Shown here: positions 1 to 9,053 of the stretch, one piece after another
Position numbering within the stretch: position 1 is the stretch's first letter
Layout of the letters: every line of letters starts with the position of its first letter
IMG/VR virus record: IMGVR_UViG_3300047469_000197
Span: 31,131 to 95,130 of that record
DNA length: 64,000 nucleotides
Strand: one strand, 5' to 3'
Source: a virus
Notes under the pieces: model-generated
Told to the model about the DNA's origin: nothing
Databases searched by the model: none
The model's input: only the letters and a program-made list of their open reading frames with translations
Translations under genes and position numbers: made by a program

Positions 1-627
1 GCCAGTCAGGGCGCTGCGGGGGCCATTCAGCCAGGAATCAAATTCGGTGTGTTTAACGATCGCTTTGAGGGGGTCAGTCGGGTTCGCCGGCTTGCGCATG
101 CTATCCGCGCCAAACATCGCCTTGATGTAGTTCAGGCTGGTGACATTATTGAAGCTGGTGGCATAGCTGCACAGTATGCCGAGCACGTGCTCACTCTTGA
201 GCTGCGACCAGTCTATGCGGTAGGAGGTTTCACCGCGGGCGTTGCGTTCCATGTCCAGAATGGTTTCTGGCATGCTGTAGCGGCCTGCGGCGTTGCGTGG
301 GAAGGTGATTGCCTTCTGGCGGTCCAGCTCACGGAAGACGTCCAGCGCTTCCACCAGTATCGGCTTGCCGCTTGGCCCGGTGTCACCCATGCGCACCCGG
401 TGGCCTGCACGGGAGGTAATGAAATCGCTGGTTTCGTCCACCAGCACCTCGAAATCCTTGGATTCAAGTTCGCGGATGCGGGGGATCAGCATTTCTTCCA
501 GCGCCACGCGTGCGGTTGGTAGCTGCTCGCCTTCGGCAATGAACAGCTCGCCATCTTTCCACGCTGCAGTAGCCAGCATCGGCCTGTCAGTGGTCAGGCA
601 TATGGCGCATATCTTTTTGTTGATCAT
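1..627 (-). CDS. mat: Maturation control protein Mat-like, 3' end outside window; not in ORF track
   Basis: Minus-strand frame from ATG 627: MINKKICAICLTTDRPMLATAAWKDGE...VLVDETSD...RIDWSQLKSEHVLGILCSYAT, resembling P1 Mat as recalled; downstream of ref as in P1. Confidence 0.75.
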   Translation of the reverse strand, partial: MINKKICAICLTTDRPMLATAAWKDGELFIAEGEQLPTARVALEEMLIPRIRELESKDFEVLVDETSDFITSRAGHRVRMGDTGPSGKPILVEALDVFRELDRQKAITFPRNAAGRYSMPETILDMERNARGETSYRIDWSQLKSEHVLGILCSYATSFNNVTSLNYIKAMFGADSMRKPANPTDPLKAIVKHTEFDSWLNGPRSALTG

Positions 628-1027
628 GGGGCGGGTTCCCGGTTATGCCTGCCAGAGATGGGCGGCGTTCGGGTTATTATAAATTTAGTATCTTCTGTCA
701 GCAAACTTAGCAAGAAGGATAACCGCCTGTTATGGCGGTTGAGGGACTGGCACACAAAGATAAAAGAAGGCCGCGGGACGTTAACGGCCTTGGATGCAGG
801 CAGTTGCATGTACTGGCGTCAGAATAAATTAGATGGATTATGGCTTGCAATACATAGTGTTCGGAGTAGGAAAAGAAAAAGGCCGGTATAAACCAGCCTT
901 TAGAGTTTGCCCTGATAGAATCCGGCAAGATAAGCTTCCAAAAAATTGTGACTGATACGTCTAAGCGGGATAATCATAAACACCGATCGCGTCAGAATCA
1001 AGAATTAGTATCTTATGTAAATGAGAA

Positions 1028-1050
1028 GGGCCGCATAAGCGGCCCTTTTT
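1028..1050. terminator. Intrinsic terminator hairpin
   Basis: GGGCCGC-ATAA-GCGGCCC followed by TTTTT. Confidence 0.65.
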
Positions 1051-1205
1051 GAAACTAGTCATAATGGAAAAGCTAATCGCCTTGCGGTGATGCAGATAAT
1101 TTACGCTGCATGTTTTTTGGTTTCAACCTTTGGCGCTCGGTAGAACCAAAAAGACTGGCGGCGGCGGTTAGTGGGTTTCACTTTCCTCATAAAATAAACT
1201 CCCGA

Positions 1206-1847
1206 TTAGTTCTGTATGTCGTATTCGATCCCGGCACGCGTGTAGCTTTCGCGCAGCAGTTCGTACTCAGTGCCGTTCGCTGCCTCAAACTCTGCCCGCC
1301 CGCCGACCGTTCCGCAGGCATGCACCGGCACCAGCCATGAGTATTCTGCTCGCCACTCATCAGGAGCAGCATGCTGGTGGTGCCACTTACACAGCGGGAG
1401 CACTAACTTATGCGCGTCCGGCTTCGTGCGGCCATCGATGTGATGCAGGCTGATCTCCACTGTTTCCTTGCCATTCTTCAGGCACGCAATGCAGGGTAGT
1501 TTGCCCAGCGCATCCATTACCCGGCGCTCGGCTGCGGTTGGCGTTCTGCCTTTACTCCCACGCGAGCGGATCGGGGTGGATCTGGCCTTAACGGCAGGCG
1601 GTGCTGCTGCCTTCTCTTCCTGCTTCTTGCGCGCCTTCTCGGCCTGTTCTGCGCGGTATTCTGGCGAGCTCACGCGGGCGTGGCGCTTTTTGGCCGACTC
1701 AACGGCCTTCTGGAAAACCTGCGCACGGTGTTCGGGATCGGCCCACTTCTCACGTTGTTTCTGCTGCTGCTTAAGCGCAGATCGCTTGGCGGATTCGCGT
1801 TGCTTAGTGCGCTGTTTATCAAGCTGCTCTGCTGAGAGTTGTTTCAT
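1206..1847 (-). CDS. ref: Ref, RecA-dependent HNH-type nuclease
   Basis: Basic N-terminus, GRTPTAAER, PCIAC, LHHIDGRTKPDAH, LPLCKWHHQ; start taken at MKQLSAEQ (1847). Confidence 0.92.
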   Translation of the reverse strand: MKQLSAEQLDKQRTKQRESAKRSALKQQQKQREKWADPEHRAQVFQKAVESAKKRHARVSSPEYRAEQAEKARKKQEEKAAAPPAVKARSTPIRSRGSKGRTPTAAERRVMDALGKLPCIACLKNGKETVEISLHHIDGRTKPDAHKLVLPLCKWHHQHAAPDEWRAEYSWLVPVHACGTVGGRAEFEAANGTEYELLRESYTRAGIEYDIQN

Positions 1848-1875
1848 GGTTTGGCGACCTTTAGAGCGGGTTGAA

Positions 1876-2190
1876 TTAAGCGACAGAAGGCTGAGGCTCA
1901 TTTAAATTATCGGGCCGCATCCACTCCCAGCGTCGCAGCATGGCGCTGGTGTCATGAATTGGCGCACCAGTCATGGCGAGGCGAGCACGGTGCACGTCAC
2001 GCTCATAGCGCAGACGGGCGGCAAGAGCGACATACCCACCAGCTGGCAGGCCGTGCGATACCAGGCTTTCCAGAGGGTCATAAACCTTGGGGCTATCGAT
2101 CATGCTCATCAGAATGGCTTTATCTATGGCTAACGACAGACTGGTTTTATGGGCGAAGCCGCGTTTAAGCGGGCGCTTTTGTTCGGTCAT
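1876..2190 (-). CDS. Hypothetical phage protein
   Basis: Overlapping stop/start chain with neighbours. Confidence 0.6.
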   Translation of the reverse strand: MTEQKRPLKRGFAHKTSLSLAIDKAILMSMIDSPKVYDPLESLVSHGLPAGGYVALAARLRYERDVHRARLAMTGAPIHDTSAMLRRWEWMRPDNLNEPQPSVA

Positions 2191-2426
2191 GGTTTCGGTC
2201 CTTGGTATTGTTCATAAACGCCATAACGCGCCAGCTCTTTTCTCAGCTGGGAGTCGCGCACGGCTACAATCACGCGATCACGCGTATGGATAAACTCGCC
2301 TGGCAGGTCAGGCACCTGATGCAGGGAACGGAAACGCCGCCATGCAGGCACTGAATTAAAAATTGCCAGCCGCAGCGGGTTAGGGATGAACTCAACACGG
2401 CCAGATGGGCCGATAACATCACTCAT
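2187..2426 (-). CDS. Hypothetical phage protein
   Basis: 4-nt overlap coupling on both sides. Confidence 0.6.
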   Translation of the reverse strand: MSDVIGPSGRVEFIPNPLRLAIFNSVPAWRRFRSLHQVPDLPGEFIHTRDRVIVAVRDSQLRKELARYGVYEQYQGPKP

Positions 2427-2815
2427 GGTGTTCCTTGGTCGAAAGAAAAGGGCACTTGGCCACCGCCGCTTACTATGTTCATGCGGTGGCCGAATTTGCT
2501 GGTGGCGCGGATATGATGGGCAGCGCGAATAATGCGGGCCTGTTCGGGCGCCTCAATGATGTAGCTCACAAACCGGGCAGGCTTGCCATCCGCCACACAC
2601 ATCGGACAATGGTCGACAGTGTCAATCCAGCCATTACCGTGGATTGAGCCCTGTTGCGCCACGCAGGATTTACACAGCGGCGCATCGCAGGTGTAGGGCT
2701 TGTTGATGTCAATACAACGACGATCGCCGTCCATCACCAGCCCCCAGCCCAGATAGCCGTCACACAGCAAATCCGCAGCGCCACCACAGAACAGACATAA
2801 CTCACGCTTTGGCAT
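2423..2815 (-). CDS. Cys-rich putative zinc-finger protein
   Basis: CLFC..LLCD..TCDAPLCKSC..DHCPMC. Confidence 0.65.
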   Translation of the reverse strand: MPKRELCLFCGGAADLLCDGYLGWGLVMDGDRRCIDINKPYTCDAPLCKSCVAQQGSIHGNGWIDTVDHCPMCVADGKPARFVSYIIEAPEQARIIRAAHHIRATSKFGHRMNIVSGGGQVPFSFDQGTP

Positions 2816-3222
2816 CAGGCGGCCTGCTGGCTTGCCTGGCGCAGCAGCTGAGTAACGCGAAGATTGATCCCATTAAACCGGCGACACTCTTCCATGCGGG
2901 TGTTACCGCGGCGTTCTTCCGGGCTGGTAAGCATGACAAAGCAGGATCGCTCTTCACGTACACGCTTAGCCCTCTCTGCTTTAGGAGGCATCTCGCTAGG
3001 CTTCGGCCAGTCGCGGAAGTACAGGCGGCGAAAGCCCTGCAACACGATAACCAGATCGCCTGCCGCTTCCATTTCACGTACCAACAACCGGGCAACGGAT
3101 ACACCTTTGCCGATCGCAGTACAGATGTCCTGGATAACCAGATAGCCTTTGCGATCCATGGCGGCGCTCACCAGTTGAGTGCGCTCTGTGTACAGTTGCT
3201 TAGTAGGATTTGTGGAACTCAT
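2815..3222 (-). CDS. Putative winged-helix protein
   Basis: HTH-like IQDICTAIGKGVSVARLLVREMEAAG; coupled to next gene. Confidence 0.55.
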   Translation of the reverse strand: MSSTNPTKQLYTERTQLVSAAMDRKGYLVIQDICTAIGKGVSVARLLVREMEAAGDLVIVLQGFRRLYFRDWPKPSEMPPKAERAKRVREERSCFVMLTSPEERRGNTRMEECRRFNGINLRVTQLLRQASQQAA

Positions 3223-3250
3223 TTTGTCTCTCCGGGTGCCAGCTGGTGGC

Positions 3251-3427
3251 TTATCGATTTCTACGGGTGCGGCGCTTAGGTCGGCGAAACAGACCTCTCA
3301 GTCCACCAGCGATGGCGTCCAGTGCGGCGCGAAGCATTAATAGGGCAAAGGCGACCTTCAGGACGCCAATAAACAACATTGCGGCCCAGCTCAGCAGCTG
3401 GTCAGGGGCGTTAGCGAGATCGCCCAT
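3251..3427 (-). CDS. 58-aa small membrane protein (not in ORF track)
   Basis: MGDLANAPDQLLSWAAMLFIGVLKVAFALLML...RRPKRRTRRNR. Confidence 0.55.
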   Translation of the reverse strand: MGDLANAPDQLLSWAAMLFIGVLKVAFALLMLRAALDAIAGGLRGLFRRPKRRTRRNR

Positions 3428-3548
3428 TGCGCCACTTACTGAACCAGTGCGTCAGGTGCTCCAGACCAATCAGGAAAGCACCCCAGATGAGGCACATCAG
3501 CAGGATGAAGCCGCACACCTTGGCGACTGCCAGAAATTTGATAATCAT
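3411..3548 (-). CDS. 45-aa small membrane protein (not in ORF track)
   Basis: MIIKFLAVAKVCGFILLMCLIWGAFLIGLEHLTHWFSKWRNGRSR; TAATG overlap with upstream gene. Confidence 0.55.
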   Translation of the reverse strand: MIIKFLAVAKVCGFILLMCLIWGAFLIGLEHLTHWFSKWRNGRSR

Positions 3549-4048
3549 TAACGGTTGCTCTTAAGACGCCAGCACAAGCCCGCGCCGGTTTCACGGCTAA
3601 CCAGCGCAAACTCTTCGGCCAGCTGGTAGCTGATGGATTCGACCAGGCTGTCGCTTTTGGGCATCAACCTGGGGGAGTGGGCTTCAGGCATGCCACAATG
3701 CGTCATGATTTCGCGTGTACGCTCCCATACGGGGCGCATGATGTTTTCGGGTAGCCAGTACCAGAACGTTCGGCCAGGCTCTGCACGGGAATGGATCTCA
3801 TCGCTGCGGAGGTGCTGCATATCCACCAGCGCACGTAACCTGGTCAGGCTTTGTGATTCACCTAATCCACACTGGAGGTGTTTACGGTTAGCGGCCAGCT
3901 GGCGGATCGCGCGTGGGAAATGGTCCTCACTGGCCATGCTCACGCGTTCGCCGACATAGCGCTGGATGGCACGATAGGGAAGGTACTTAATGGTCTGGCA
4001 GAAGATGGCGTGCATCAGCGCGTCGTCAGTCACTTTCATCATAACCAC
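3548..4048 (-). CDS. Hypothetical phage protein
   Basis: 166-aa ORF in coupled operon. Confidence 0.6.
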   Translation of the reverse strand: MVMMKVTDDALMHAIFCQTIKYLPYRAIQRYVGERVSMASEDHFPRAIRQLAANRKHLQCGLGESQSLTRLRALVDMQHLRSDEIHSRAEPGRTFWYWLPENIMRPVWERTREIMTHCGMPEAHSPRLMPKSDSLVESISYQLAEEFALVSRETGAGLCWRLKSNR

Positions 4049-4152
4049 GCAGCGCCTCTGCCGCTTTTTATGGCGTCAACGAGGAACAGGCCCAGCCAGA
4101 TACAAAAGCTGGACTCCGCCGCGATGAGGATAACAAGAAGAATGCGTGACAT
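4039..4152 (-). CDS. 37-aa hydrophobic peptide (not in ORF track)
   Basis: MSRILLVILIAAESSFCIWLGLFLVDAIKSGRGAAWL; first gene after operator 4185-4201. Confidence 0.5.
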   Translation of the reverse strand: MSRILLVILIAAESSFCIWLGLFLVDAIKSGRGAAWL

Positions 4153-4390
4153 AGGCTGATCTCGATAAACTACAACTAAAATCCAGTTTAGTATTGTATG
4201 TCATAAGAAACCAGCCTATTTTTGCCATTGTGTTAGGGTTTTTCCGCAGGACGATGAAGCAAAGAGGGTGCGGGGGCATGCCGGGCCACCCCTTTAAGCA
4301 CCTGCCGATAAGTACCTTTTGTTGATCGTTTATAAATAGTGATTTAACATTTCACTGCTTTTTACGGATTTGATTGATTGGTTTGAAGCA

Positions 4391-4846
4391 CTACAGCCCC
4401 TTGCGGGCTGTTTTTATTTTTGTCCAGACCACATTTCCGGGTTGATACGGCATGTTGCGGTGCACCTTACGCATTACCTGGTCTGATTCGCACGGCCCCA
4501 TATCCTTAAGAAACACATCAAAGTCAGCCCACTGCGGACACACTGCGCCCTCAATATTTTTGTAATAACCCATGAGCTGCGACCATTTACGGAATTCCAG
4601 CGAGTTATTCTTAATCGAATGTGTCTGACGTCTTGAACACGACATACAGCGTAAAACAAACCCACTACGTAACTGCATGCCCGAAACAGGGTACTCGCGA
4701 TTGCACTCACAACGTACCTGCCAGTAAGGGCGGTGATCATATTTGAGCCGCACCATATGCAACACTGTGAGACTGCCGAACACCTTCCCGGTGAGATCTA
4801 TGATATTTCTCAATCCTGCCTCCAGATTTCGCCCGTATCTACACAC
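4391..4846 (-). CDS. Degenerate HNH/homing-endonuclease-related protein
   Basis: DLTGKVFGSLTVL..WQVRCEC..VCPQWADFDVFLKDMG..YQPGNVVW. Confidence 0.6.
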   Translation of the reverse strand: MCRYGRNLEAGLRNIIDLTGKVFGSLTVLHMVRLKYDHRPYWQVRCECNREYPVSGMQLRSGFVLRCMSCSRRQTHSIKNNSLEFRKWSQLMGYYKNIEGAVCPQWADFDVFLKDMGPCESDQVMRKVHRNMPYQPGNVVWTKIKTARKGL

Positions 4847-5262
4847 GGGAAACCGTGGCAGCGGCGCTGAAATTCTTCTTTGTATTGAATCGCGGTCGGC
4901 TTTTGCTGTTCGTGCCAGTGCTGGTGGCCAGCAACAAACGCGACAGGCATTGAGCTGTAAGAACTGTAATCGGTGCCTTCGCCACGTGAAGCGGCACGCG
5001 CGCCATCAAACCAGCCGGCGAGGAAATCGGCTCGATCCACCAGCTCAACGGTGAAATCATCTTCATCTCCATGAAGGCGGACGATACCCGTGCGGGATAA
5101 CTGCTCCAGCACAGCCTGATTGCCGGTGATGTCTGCGCCGGAGTAATGGCCAGCATTGTCCACGTAGGAAAAGTGGGTGTAGGGGGTCGCCTCATCCGTG
5201 CCGATCGCTCTCGCTGCAGCGGTGAAAAAGGTCATCTGTTTACGTGAAACTCTCATGGGCAT
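4810..5262 (-). CDS. Hypothetical phage protein
   Basis: 150-aa ORF co-oriented in operon. Confidence 0.6.
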   Translation of the reverse strand: MPMRVSRKQMTFFTAAARAIGTDEATPYTHFSYVDNAGHYSGADITGNQAVLEQLSRTGIVRLHGDEDDFTVELVDRADFLAGWFDGARAASRGEGTDYSSYSSMPVAFVAGHQHWHEQQKPTAIQYKEEFQRRCHGFPCVDTGEIWRQD

Positions 5263-5492
5263 TTGGTCATGTTGGCAAGATTTGAACGCTGAAGCAGGTG
5301 CTCGTTGAGTAAAGCGACAAGCTTACGTGCCTGTGCATCGTCCACCAGTAAGCGCGTTCCGTAAGATTCAATAATCAGGTGGCCAAGAGACTGATCATCC
5401 ATATCGATGGATAGGCATAGCTTATTATTTGAAGGCGGCACGCGGTGGATAGTGTCATCGTGGGAGGTGAAAATAGTCATTGGTTTACTCAA
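5253..5492 (-). CDS. Hypothetical protein
   Basis: 79-aa ORF in operon. Confidence 0.5.
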   Translation of the reverse strand: MSKPMTIFTSHDDTIHRVPPSNNKLCLSIDMDDQSLGHLIIESYGTRLLVDDAQARKLVALLNEHLLQRSNLANMTKCP

Positions 5493-5527
5493 ATGAAATG
5501 ACCGGCGCGCAGCCGGTCGGTAAGGGA

Positions 5528-5902
5528 TCAGGCAAGCTTGGCTTTGATTCCAGTGAAATCCAGCAGGGTCACGGTAAATTCTGCCGCCCTGTCTGCCGCC
5601 TCGCGGGTCCAGAAATCGCCCCTCGTTAACAACAGCCGGGAACCGATGTGTTCACGTAGCTGGCGCTGCGCGCGCGCCTCGTTAACCTCATCAAACCAAT
5701 CCTGTAGCGGAGAGCGCCGGAGACACTTAGTCACCTGACACTGTATTAAGCAGGCCAGCCACGAAAGCATGACAAACCAGATCGTACCGCCCCAGCCAGG
5801 CTGAGTGTTGCAGATGCAAGCCACGATATAGATGGCGAAATACGTTTTCCCGAAGCCGTTACGGCCAGCTACCTGCCAAAATTTAGAGACTGAAGTCTTC
5901 AT
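5528..5902 (-). CDS. Hypothetical membrane protein
   Basis: Likely start MKTSVSKF; two hydrophobic segments. Confidence 0.5.
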   Translation of the reverse strand: MKTSVSKFWQVAGRNGFGKTYFAIYIVACICNTQPGWGGTIWFVMLSWLACLIQCQVTKCLRRSPLQDWFDEVNEARAQRQLREHIGSRLLLTRGDFWTREAADRAAEFTVTLLDFTGIKAKLA

Positions 5903-5915
5903 ATCGATCCTGTTT

Positions 5916-6263
5916 TTATCTGGGCTTACGCCCTCTATTGGCTGCTGCGTCCAGCTGGTGGATGCGCGTTGCGGCCTGCTGGGCTGAGGCGCTGAACACA
6001 CGGTTAAACGCCTCAATTACATGCCCGTCAGATGCCATCATCTCGGCATAAATCTCACGGGCAATGTTCAGGTCGATAGCCTCGACATATGCCTTAGCAG
6101 CGTCCAGGCTATCCATTGGGCGATCAATTTGTATGTAATGCAGTGGTGAGCCTTGGCTGTAGATAAGCCCGCAAGCAACAACGGGCTGATTACCCCGCAA
6201 GCCTGCCTGTGCGTTCAGCTTGCAATCATCAAGTTGGATAATCATTCCGGTTCCTTTTCCCAT
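5916..6263 (-). CDS. Hypothetical protein
   Basis: ORF directly after operator 6289-6305. Confidence 0.55.
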   Translation of the reverse strand: MGKGTGMIIQLDDCKLNAQAGLRGNQPVVACGLIYSQGSPLHYIQIDRPMDSLDAAKAYVEAIDLNIAREIYAEMMASDGHVIEAFNRVFSASAQQAATRIHQLDAAANRGRKPR

Positions 6264-6301
6264 ACATTTACATAATCAAATAAGCACCATTTTAGTATCT
6301 T

Positions 6302-6628
6302 TTACAGAAAAACTTTATGTGCTGGTGGGCGGTTTTTCTCATCATCAGCAAGTATGGCCATTGCCTTGATAATACCTGTATCAGTCAGCTGGTAAGAGGG
6401 TGCTTTACTCCCCGTCCGGCTGACAGCTACGTGTTCAACCAGATAGCCACGGGCCACCAGGCGATTGAGTGAAGCGCGAAAATTACCATTACTTGGAACT
6501 GGTTTGTAGTTTTCGTGGATGTTCGTTTTCAGCGCGGCCACGGTTACGCGCTCTGGCGGATCCGCTCGATAGCGCTTTCCCATGTATCTGAGTGACATTT
6601 TCTGCAATCTGGACAACGGCATTAGCAA
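6302..6628 (-). CDS. Winged-helix protein (position of P1 c8)
   Basis: NFRASLNRLVARGYLVE...YQLTDTG wHTH pattern; AAGGAG RBS; follows cre. Confidence 0.65.
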   Translation of the reverse strand: MLMPLSRLQKMSLRYMGKRYRADPPERVTVAALKTNIHENYKPVPSNGNFRASLNRLVARGYLVEHVAVSRTGSKAPSYQLTDTGIIKAMAILADDEKNRPPAHKVFL

Positions 6629-6667
6629 TGCTCCTTTTGATTTGGCGACCTTTCATTAAGACTGATC

Positions 6668-7699
6668 CTACTTGCTGCGCTTCACCTCCTTGACCACGTC
6701 GAGCATGACCGACTTTTCGGCCTCGATATGGCGGATATAGCTCAGCACCTGTTCGGGCCGTTTCCACGTACCCTCATGCATGATCTGCGCGAGAGTTTTC
6801 CCACGCATAGCCATGTCCTGAGCAGCGCCCACGCGCGGGCTGTGTCCCGTCCACGTCCGATAGTGCGGCCCGGTGGCTGGTGGTTTACCCAGCGCGTTCC
6901 AGGCGCGCCCGAAGATCTTGATAACATTTACACGCGTCATCGGCTTGTCGCCCGCATGCGCGTTGTTGTAGCGATCTACCTTACAGAAAATGTACTCTTC
7001 CGGTTTGTCACGAAGCCCAGCCAGCGACAGCCAGTCGAGAACCCAGGCGGCCACTTCCGGCGACAGCGCCTTTGCAATGCTGTTGGCTTCGTCAATGGTC
7101 TTGGTAAACCCGACATCAAAAACAATCGTACCGTTTGGGCGAAACCGCAGATCACCGACCTTCAGGCGCGCCACGTTGGAGATACGCAGTAGCGAACTGT
7201 AAGCCACGCCAATGAAGGCTAAATCGCGACGATCGGCAAGGCGCTCACTGGCTTCCCATAGGGCGGAAATGCGAAACAGATCCTCAACATGCAGCGGCTC
7301 AGCCTGCGAAACTTCTTCGCCGGCACGGGTGGCGCGCTTGCGAATGGCCTTCATGCCCAACGATACATTCATGTCGTCAGACGGGCGCGGCAGGCCTGCA
7401 TGTTTGTGGAGCTTGTTAATCATGGCCATGTGCTGGTTAACGGTGCTGACTTTGCGCCCATGGTCATTTTTGAGGTGTAACAGATACTCCCGGACGTCTG
7501 CCGGAGAGGCGGGAAGCCACGTTTTTCCACGTTCAGTGCACCAGCGCGCCCATACGCGGACAACCGACAACATCTGAGTCATGGTGTTATCTGAATAGGC
7601 GTCCTGGTTCTCAAACAGGATGCGCAGATTTTGCGCTACCCGTTCATCTAAATTGTCGGGCAGCGCCATAACGCCAGTGCCGGTGTCGTTCTCGGACAT
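6668..7699 (-). CDS. cre: Cre-family tyrosine recombinase
   Basis: 343 aa; AYSDNT, WCTERG, LLRISNVARL (R), FTKT (K), WTGHSPRVGAAQDM (H-x-x-R), GTWK (W), LSYIR (Y): all catalytic residues present. Confidence 0.93.
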   Translation of the reverse strand: MSENDTGTGVMALPDNLDERVAQNLRILFENQDAYSDNTMTQMLSVVRVWARWCTERGKTWLPASPADVREYLLHLKNDHGRKVSTVNQHMAMINKLHKHAGLPRPSDDMNVSLGMKAIRKRATRAGEEVSQAEPLHVEDLFRISALWEASERLADRRDLAFIGVAYSSLLRISNVARLKVGDLRFRPNGTIVFDVGFTKTIDEANSIAKALSPEVAAWVLDWLSLAGLRDKPEEYIFCKVDRYNNAHAGDKPMTRVNVIKIFGRAWNALGKPPATGPHYRTWTGHSPRVGAAQDMAMRGKTLAQIMHEGTWKRPEQVLSYIRHIEAEKSVMLDVVKEVKRSK

Positions 7700-7701
7700 A
7701 C

Positions 7702-7914
7702 TCAGCTCTCCTTGTCGCTGGAATGATCGGTAATCTCTTGACCGTTTGCATCCACCAGCGAACGCCAGGGCTTCATGAGTACGCCATCAATAACCACGCA
7801 TCCTTTAGCCTTGTATCGTGACAACAGCTGCGGCGTCATACTATTGGCCTGAGCCATTCGTGTTAGATTGCCACCAAAATACTGCGCTGCGATCTCGTCA
7901 ATTGTCTTTGCCAT
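7702..7914 (-). CDS. Small Cro-like HTH protein (Cra-like)
   Basis: YFGGNLTRMAQANSMTPQLLSRY; immediately upstream of cre like P1 cra. Confidence 0.65.
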   Translation of the reverse strand: MAKTIDEIAAQYFGGNLTRMAQANSMTPQLLSRYKAKGCVVIDGVLMKPWRSLVDANGQEITDHSSDKES

Positions 7915-8089
7915 CCGGGCTATCCTCTTTATCCAAAACAGATAATGTTTTATCTGTTTCAGATAATATTAGAATTCCCATCGGTTTGTCACGGTAATTT
8001 TTTTGCACTATGGCATGCCGGAGCCATCACTAATCGGCGCAATAGATGGCATCTTGTTAAGTTTATCTTAACAAAAGAAATGTAGTGCC

Positions 8090-8383
8090 GTGGTAAACAT
8101 GCGTCAACTTTTAAAGGCGCATAACATGGTTCCCAAACGGCTAAAAGCAGCACGGATCGCAGCAGGATTAACACAGGAAAAGCTTGGGGTAATGGCGGGG
8201 ATTGAAGAAGCCTCAGCACGTGCTCGCATGTCATATTATGAATCCGGCACCTACCACCCCAATTTTGACACCGCCTGTCGGATTGCGGCGATCCTCGATG
8301 TACCCGAATGTTACCTTTACGCGGTCGATGACGATTTCGCGGCCTTTATCCTCACATCCTACCACCAGCAAAAACACAGCTAA
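8090..8383 (+). CDS. XRE-family HTH regulator
   Basis: KRLKAARIAAGLTQEKLG...ARMSYYESGTYHP. Confidence 0.85.
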   Translation: MVNMRQLLKAHNMVPKRLKAARIAAGLTQEKLGVMAGIEEASARARMSYYESGTYHPNFDTACRIAAILDVPECYLYAVDDDFAAFILTSYHQQKHS

Positions 8384-8794
8384 GCCAGATTTGGCGGGGC
8401 TTAATCGCCAGTTCAGCAGAAAATGAGACGTTGCTACGTGAATTCTTTTTTGGCGCGTGGGTATCAGGTCGCCAGATTTTGCGTAGCGTTACCAGGTTAT
8501 TAACATGACTGGTGGCCAAGCAAGACATTTCTGATTTACTGCAGCGGCCAAATGCATATGTGAAGCGCGCCGGGGTTAGCAATTATTTTCGGCGTAACAA
8601 ATCCACATCCCACCGGCAGAATACATACACAGGCAATAGTGTTGCATAGCTAACGCGGCCAAAAATACTTAGTGGTCGAATCGTTTCAAAAACCTTACAC
8701 ATAGACCGAAAAGCCGTCGGCAGGTGCACGGCGCACTGGTTAGACCAATCAACATGAGAAAACTTCATTTTTTGAGTGGTATCAGCCTCCTAAG

Positions 8795-8828
8795 CCAAGA
8801 TTACATATTGGATGTTATGTAATCTTGG
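8795..8828. other. lox-like recombination site (13-8-13)
   Basis: CCAAGATTACATA-TTGGATGT-TATGTAATCTTGG; perfect 13-bp arms, asymmetric 8-bp spacer, between c1/coi and cre as loxP in P1. Confidence 0.85.
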
Positions 8829-9053
8829 TTGCCGATCGTCGCATGGTAACGGTTTCATTTGGTGATTATTAGTTTCATCCCCCTTACGCTTCCCTTACCC
8901 GATTACAGGACAATTTTTACCCAACGCATAACTATTTCATTTAAACCGGACCTAATGTCCGGTAGTGCCGTGGTTAATCACTATTTGAAATGATATATAA
9001 GGCCATTCCGAAAAAGTGTTAAAAGTAACAATATAATTTGACGAGCTGACAAG

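Noticed and set aside
49-682. Plus-strand ORFs 49..522 and 293..682
   Set aside because: Shadows of the minus-strand mat frame, which the track omits because it runs off the window
7936-7959. Palindrome near cre as the lox site
   Set aside because: 10-4-10 geometry does not fit Cre-type sites; 8795-8828 has exact 13-8-13 geometry
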